Assembly: GCA_046329775.1 (NCBI GenBank)
Contig: JAXLTX010000003.1
Coordinates: 405,391-469,390, forward strand
Length of the DNA stretch: 64,000 nucleotides
Reading direction: 5' to 3'
DNA from: Chitinophagales bacterium
Lineage (GTDB): Bacteria; Bacteroidota; Bacteroidia; Chitinophagales; JADIYW01
Both the position numbers and the translations under genes were made by a program. Position 1 is the first letter of the stretch; every line of letters begins with the position of its first letter. The notes below the pieces were generated by a model. It saw only the letters and a program-made list of their open reading frames with translations, was not told the DNA's origin and searched no databases. Below, one piece after another: positions 59,459-64,000 of the stretch.

Positions 59459-60379
59459 ATGAAAAAAGCCCTCAAAATCATCTCCCTTGTTGCCACATTG
59501 CTGCTCATCGCCTTTTTTGTCTTTAGAAAGGAAGATATCCCCGTGGAAAAACTACTTCCCAACTACACCACGCCGGCTTCCAGATTCGTTGAAATAGATG
59601 GCATGAATGTACATTACCGTATAGAGGGCGAGGGCAAACCTGTCGTATTGCTGCATGGTGTGGGTGCTTGCCTGCAAACATGGGATGAGTGGACGGATTC
59701 CTTAAAGAAATACTACAAGGTGATACGGCTGGATTTACCGGCTTACGGACTCACTGGCCCGAGACCGGATAATGATTATTCCTTTTCGACCTGCAACGCG
59801 TTTCTAAACAAATTCTTTACCACCTTAAAACTCGATTCCTTTGCATTGGCTGGCAATTCTCTGGGCGGTGAAATTGCATGGAAATACACGCTGGAAAATC
59901 CACAAAGGGTAACCCGCCTGATTTTGGTGGATCCGGGCGGATACAAGTTGAAAAACAAAAATTCCTTTAATGTCCTATCTCTCTTAAAATACAAATGGCT
60001 GACGAATATCGTGGATCAATTGGATACGAAGCATTTTATTGTGCCAGCAATGAAGAAAAGCTTTTACAGCGATTCCTGCATCACTAAAGAAAGGGTGCAG
60101 CTATACTATGACATGATGATGAGGGCTGGCAACCGGAAAAGCCTTGCCACCGCCATGCCTCAATACATGGCGGCTCCGCAGTTGGACGCTTCTAGGATCA
60201 ACACCCCAACGCTGATTCAATGGGGCAAATACGACGAGGAAATCGATGTCTCCCTGGCGGAGAACTTCCGAAAAATCCCCCGTTCCGTCTACATCGAATA
60301 CGATAATTGCGGACATACCGTGCAACAGGAAGCCATGCCTGAATCTGTAACGGATGTTATAAAATTCCTAAAACAATAA
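59459..60379 (+). CDS. Alpha/beta hydrolase
   Basis: This is a 306-aa ORF with an N-terminal TM/signal segment. It has an HG oxyanion motif (LLHGVG), the nucleophile elbow GNSLGG, and a C-terminal CGH. Confidence 0.8.
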   Translation: MKKALKIISLVATLLLIAFFVFRKEDIPVEKLLPNYTTPASRFVEIDGMNVHYRIEGEGKPVVLLHGVGACLQTWDEWTDSLKKYYKVIRLDLPAYGLTGPRPDNDYSFSTCNAFLNKFFTTLKLDSFALAGNSLGGEIAWKYTLENPQRVTRLILVDPGGYKLKNKNSFNVLSLLKYKWLTNIVDQLDTKHFIVPAMKKSFYSDSCITKERVQLYYDMMMRAGNRKSLATAMPQYMAAPQLDASRINTPTLIQWGKYDEEIDVSLAENFRKIPRSVYIEYDNCGHTVQQEAMPESVTDVIKFLKQ

Positions 60380-60464
60380 GTTTACGACTTATCTTTAAGA
60401 ATACTTAAACCATTCATTAAGCGAGATTCTTCATTTTTTACATTAATCGGCTTACCTTTACGGC

Positions 60465-61970
60465 ATGAAAGTGAGAGTACGTTTTGCGCCGAGTCCTACC
60501 GGCCCATTGCACATTGGTGGTGTCCGGACCGCATTGTATAATTATTTGTTTGCAAGGAAAAACGGAGGCGATTTTATCTTGAGAATTGAAGATACCGACC
60601 AAAACCGTCTGGTACCCGGTGCCGAACAATATATCATCGAATCCCTGAAATGGATAGGTATTGAACCGAACGAAGGTGTTGGCTTTGGGGATGGACCTTA
60701 TGCTTCATACCGCCAAAGCGACCGCAAGGACACTTACCGTCAATATGCCGAACAGTTGCTGGATGCCGGCTATGCTTACTATGCCTTTGACACGGAAGAT
60801 GAGCTGGAATTATTGAAAGCCACCTATCCGAATTTCAAGTATGACGCCAACACCAGGTCTCATGGCAAAAACTCCCTGACGCTTTCTGCCGATGAGGTGG
60901 CACAACGCCTTCAAAACAAGGAGAATTATGTCATACGCATCAAACTGCCTGCAGATGAAGAAGTAAAATTCCACGATGAAATCCGTGGCTGGGTAAGCGT
61001 CAACTCTTCTCAGATGGACGACAAGGTACTGCTGAAAAGCGATGGCATGCCGACCTACCATTTAGCCAATGTATGTGATGACTATGTGATGAAAATCACC
61101 CATGTGATACGTGGCGAGGAATGGCTGCCAAGTGCGCCCTTGCATGTAATGCTCTACCGTTACCTAGGTTGGGAAGCCTCCATGCCTAAATTTGCTCATT
61201 TGCCATTATTGTTAAAACCGGATGGCAACGGAAAACTGAGCAAGCGCGACGGCGACCGTTTAGGTTTTCCAGTTTTTCCATTGGAATGGGCAGATCCGAA
61301 AACGAATGAGGTGAGCAGCGGCTATAAACAAAGAGGTTATTTACCGGAAGCGGTATTCAACATGCTGGCCTTCTTAGGCTGGAATCCGGGAACGGAACAG
61401 GAGATTTTCAGCAAAGAAGAATTGATAGAAGCGTTCAGCATGGAGAACATTCACAAGGCCGGTGCCAAGTTTGATTTTGAAAAGGCGAAATGGTTCAATG
61501 CAGAATACATCAAACGTTTATCCGATGAGCGACTGGCTGAACTGGTAAAGGATATCGTAGTGGAAAGATTCGGCCCTCAGGATATGGATTACCTTACTAA
61601 GGCTGTCGGTATGGTGAAAGAACGTCTGGTATTTTTGAATGATATAGAACAATTCGGCTACTTATTCCAGGCGACGGAAAAATATCCGGATGCATCTCTG
61701 GCTAAAATCATCAATATCAAATCCGGCGCCTTTCATCCCGGTGCATTTGAAACATTCCTGAAAGAATACACTTCTGCAGACCCAACAGCCTTAGAAATAA
61801 CGTTGAAAGATTTTGCCAACAGCAACGAAATCAAGGCGGGCGACCTGATGAAGTTTTTACGTGTCAGTTTAGTGGGAGAACTATCCGGTCCGGCTATACC
61901 GGATTTGATTGTATTATTAGGCGTAGAAGAAACCGGAAAGAGAGTAAAAAACTGTTTTAGTCAACTATAG
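60465..61970 (+). CDS. gltX: Glutamate--tRNA ligase
   Basis: This is a 501-aa ORF with RFAPSPTGPLHIGG (HIGH motif) and KLSKR (KMSKS motif). Confidence 0.95.
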   Translation: MKVRVRFAPSPTGPLHIGGVRTALYNYLFARKNGGDFILRIEDTDQNRLVPGAEQYIIESLKWIGIEPNEGVGFGDGPYASYRQSDRKDTYRQYAEQLLDAGYAYYAFDTEDELELLKATYPNFKYDANTRSHGKNSLTLSADEVAQRLQNKENYVIRIKLPADEEVKFHDEIRGWVSVNSSQMDDKVLLKSDGMPTYHLANVCDDYVMKITHVIRGEEWLPSAPLHVMLYRYLGWEASMPKFAHLPLLLKPDGNGKLSKRDGDRLGFPVFPLEWADPKTNEVSSGYKQRGYLPEAVFNMLAFLGWNPGTEQEIFSKEELIEAFSMENIHKAGAKFDFEKAKWFNAEYIKRLSDERLAELVKDIVVERFGPQDMDYLTKAVGMVKERLVFLNDIEQFGYLFQATEKYPDASLAKIINIKSGAFHPGAFETFLKEYTSADPTALEITLKDFANSNEIKAGDLMKFLRVSLVGELSGPAIPDLIVLLGVEETGKRVKNCFSQL

Positions 61971-62039
61971 ATGCTGAAATCCTGAAATAATCCCAAATCA
62001 AATTCAGGACAGGATGACATAAAAGGAGAAAAAATAAAA

Positions 62040-63701
62040 ATGGAAACATCACACACAGAAGAAAATAAATCGCTGAACTTCATTGAAGAAATCATTGACA
62101 AGGATTTGAAGGAAGGAAAATACGATTCCATCCTGACGCGTTTTCCGCCGGAGCCGAATGGTTATCTGCACTTGGGTCACGCTTCTTCCATCTGCCTGAA
62201 TTTTGGCATCGCTAAAAGATTCGGCGGCAAGACCAACCTGCGTTTTGACGACACCAATCCTGTGACGGAAGATACCGAATACGTAGACAGCATACAGGAA
62301 GACGTGAAATGGTTAGGTTTCGAGTGGGCGAATATTTTCTATGCCAGCGATTATTTCGACCAGCTCTATGATTTCGCAGTTCAGTTAATCAAACAAGGCG
62401 ATGCCTACGTGTGTGATTTATCCTCCGATGAAATTGCCGAACAAAAAGGAACCCCCACAGAAGCAGGCGTAAACAGCCCCTACCGCGACAGAACGGTGGA
62501 AGAAAACCTGCAACTGTTTGCCGACATGAAGGCAGGCAAATATCAGGAAGGTGAAAAAACCTTGCGTGCAAAAATCGACATGACCTCATCCAACATGCTG
62601 ATGCGCGACCCCTTGCTATACCGTATAAAATTTGCACATCATCACCGCACGGGCGACAAATGGTGCATCTATCCGATGTATGATTTCGCGCACGGACAAA
62701 GCGATTCCATCGAAAAAATCACGCATTCCATTTGCACGCTGGAATTTGTGCCGCATCGTGAAGTGTACGACTGGTGCATTGAGAAATTAGGCATCTATCC
62801 ATCCAAACAATATGAGTTTGCGCGCGTGAATGTGAACTATACCGTAATGAGCAAGCGCAAGCTGAAACAGCTGGTGGAAGAGCAGCACGTGGCAGGCTGG
62901 GACGACCCGCGCATGCCGACGATTTCGGGAATGCGCCGCCGCGGTTATACGGCCAGTGCCATTCGGGAATTTTGCGACAGAGCAGGCATTGCAAAGCGTG
63001 AAAAGATCAATGATATTTCCCTGCTGGAATTTTGCGTACGCGAAGATTTGAATAAAATTGCGCTGCGCAGAATGGCCGTTTTTAATCCGGTGAAGGTGAT
63101 CATTACCAATTTAGAGAATGAGATTTTACTGGATATTGAAAATAACCCTGAAGATGAAACGACCGGCCACAGACAGGTAGCCTTTACGAAAGAAATCTAT
63201 ATAGAGCGCGAAGATTTTGTGGAAGAGCCGCAAAAGAAAGTGTTCAAGATGGAAGTGGGCAAAACCATCCGTTTGAAAGGCGCCTTTATCGTTACCTGCG
63301 ACAGCGTTCTGAAAGATGCAGACGGCAAGATTACGGAAATCCATTGCAGCTACCATCCGGACAGCAAGAGCGGCCAGGATACTTCGGGTATAAAAGTGCA
63401 GGGCACGTTGCATTGGGTAAGTGTGGCACATGCCATTCCTGTGGAAGTGCGCGAATACGACCGCCTGTTCAAGGTGGAAAACCCGAATGCGGAAGAAGGC
63501 GATTTCAAGGAGTATATCAACGAACACAGTTTGGATATCATTCCGGTGGCGTATGCAGAACCTGAATTAGCAAATGCAACTTTAAACGACCATTTCCAGT
63601 TTTTGCGCAAAGGATATTTTTACCTGGATAAAGATTCCACCAAAGACAAGATCATCTTCAACAAGACAGTTGGCTTGAAGGATGGATTTACGAAGAAGTA
63701 A
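62040..63701 (+). CDS. glnS: Glutamine--tRNA ligase
   Basis: This is a 553-aa ORF with RFPPEPNGYLHLGH and VMSKR, plus a GlnRS-type C-terminal anticodon-binding domain. Confidence 0.95.
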   Translation: METSHTEENKSLNFIEEIIDKDLKEGKYDSILTRFPPEPNGYLHLGHASSICLNFGIAKRFGGKTNLRFDDTNPVTEDTEYVDSIQEDVKWLGFEWANIFYASDYFDQLYDFAVQLIKQGDAYVCDLSSDEIAEQKGTPTEAGVNSPYRDRTVEENLQLFADMKAGKYQEGEKTLRAKIDMTSSNMLMRDPLLYRIKFAHHHRTGDKWCIYPMYDFAHGQSDSIEKITHSICTLEFVPHREVYDWCIEKLGIYPSKQYEFARVNVNYTVMSKRKLKQLVEEQHVAGWDDPRMPTISGMRRRGYTASAIREFCDRAGIAKREKINDISLLEFCVREDLNKIALRRMAVFNPVKVIITNLENEILLDIENNPEDETTGHRQVAFTKEIYIEREDFVEEPQKKVFKMEVGKTIRLKGAFIVTCDSVLKDADGKITEIHCSYHPDSKSGQDTSGIKVQGTLHWVSVAHAIPVEVREYDRLFKVENPNAEEGDFKEYINEHSLDIIPVAYAEPELANATLNDHFQFLRKGYFYLDKDSTKDKIIFNKTVGLKDGFTKK

Positions 63702-63717
63702 TTTAGTTTAGATTCGT

Positions 63718-64000
63718 ATGAATAACTATAGAAAACATTTGGATGATTTAAACTTTCATGATAGTAACATTGAATCTATTATTTTTGAAAATGGTGATTC
63801 GTCTGATAGAAAATTAACCATTACAATAGATTATTATAATTGGGAAAACAACACAGAAGATTCTAATACTTGGACAACCAGAACTTTAAAATTAATTATT
63901 AATCATTGCGTACATCTACAGATAAATGCTCCTAATCTAGTGGAAGATACTTTTGAAATCATGTCTGAAGAATATGATTTATTGTATGATACATTTGTCA
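63718..64000 (+). CDS. Partial low-GC hypothetical ORF running off the window end
   Basis: The ATG at 63718 opens a frame that stays open for 94 codons to the window edge (MNNYRKHLDDLNFHDSNIESIIFENG...). It is not in the supplied track because no stop lies within the window. Confidence 0.35.
   Translation, partial: MNNYRKHLDDLNFHDSNIESIIFENGDSSDRKLTITIDYYNWENNTEDSNTWTTRTLKLIINHCVHLQINAPNLVEDTFEIMSEEYDLLYDTFV

Overview
The window looks like a Bacteroidota chromosome, probably Sphingobacteriia or Chitinophagia-like. This is inferred from TAnnTTTG-type -7 boxes, TonB and outer-membrane (OMP) gene content, and the presence of both GlnRS and GluRS. Most of it is housekeeping: metY, pepO-like M13 peptidase, an ackA-pduL fusion, queA, purD, secA, PBP1A, gltX and glnS. 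No rRNA, tRNA, CRISPR array, transposase or integrase was found.

Four regions stand out:
1. **34.1-40.4 kb:** a tightly coupled four-gene SMC-type operon inserted between queA and purD. It encodes a kleisin-like protein, a small MksE-like protein, a 1221-aa coiled-coil ABC ATPase and a short Toprim protein. I read it as a compact, divergent Wadjet/MksBEFG-like (JetABCD) anti-plasmid system. AlkB and a four-zinc-ribbon protein follow directly downstream.
2. **9.0-13.6 kb:** an accessory islet. An SF1B (RecD/Dda-like) helicase plus a Cys/His-rich small protein lie divergent from a WYL-domain regulator. About 1.6 kb of strongly AT-rich, ORF-free DNA separates them. A shared TGTGCA-N7-TGCACAGAAAA element sits at both edges of that DNA, on both promoters.
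3. **16.4-21.9 kb:** a roughly 2.8 kb tandem segmental duplication covering the acylase 3' part, a methyltransferase and an OMP 3' part. The second copy is riddled with frameshifting deletions but is mosaic. It could be a real decaying duplication or an assembly artefact.
4. **23.9-28.3 kb:** a lipid-metabolism cluster pairing a two-domain FabG4-like reductase with a eukaryote-type PTPLA/HACD/Phs1-like membrane dehydratase, a MarR regulator and a long FadE5-like acyl-CoA dehydrogenase.

All function calls come from motif and family recognition by eye. No database search was run.
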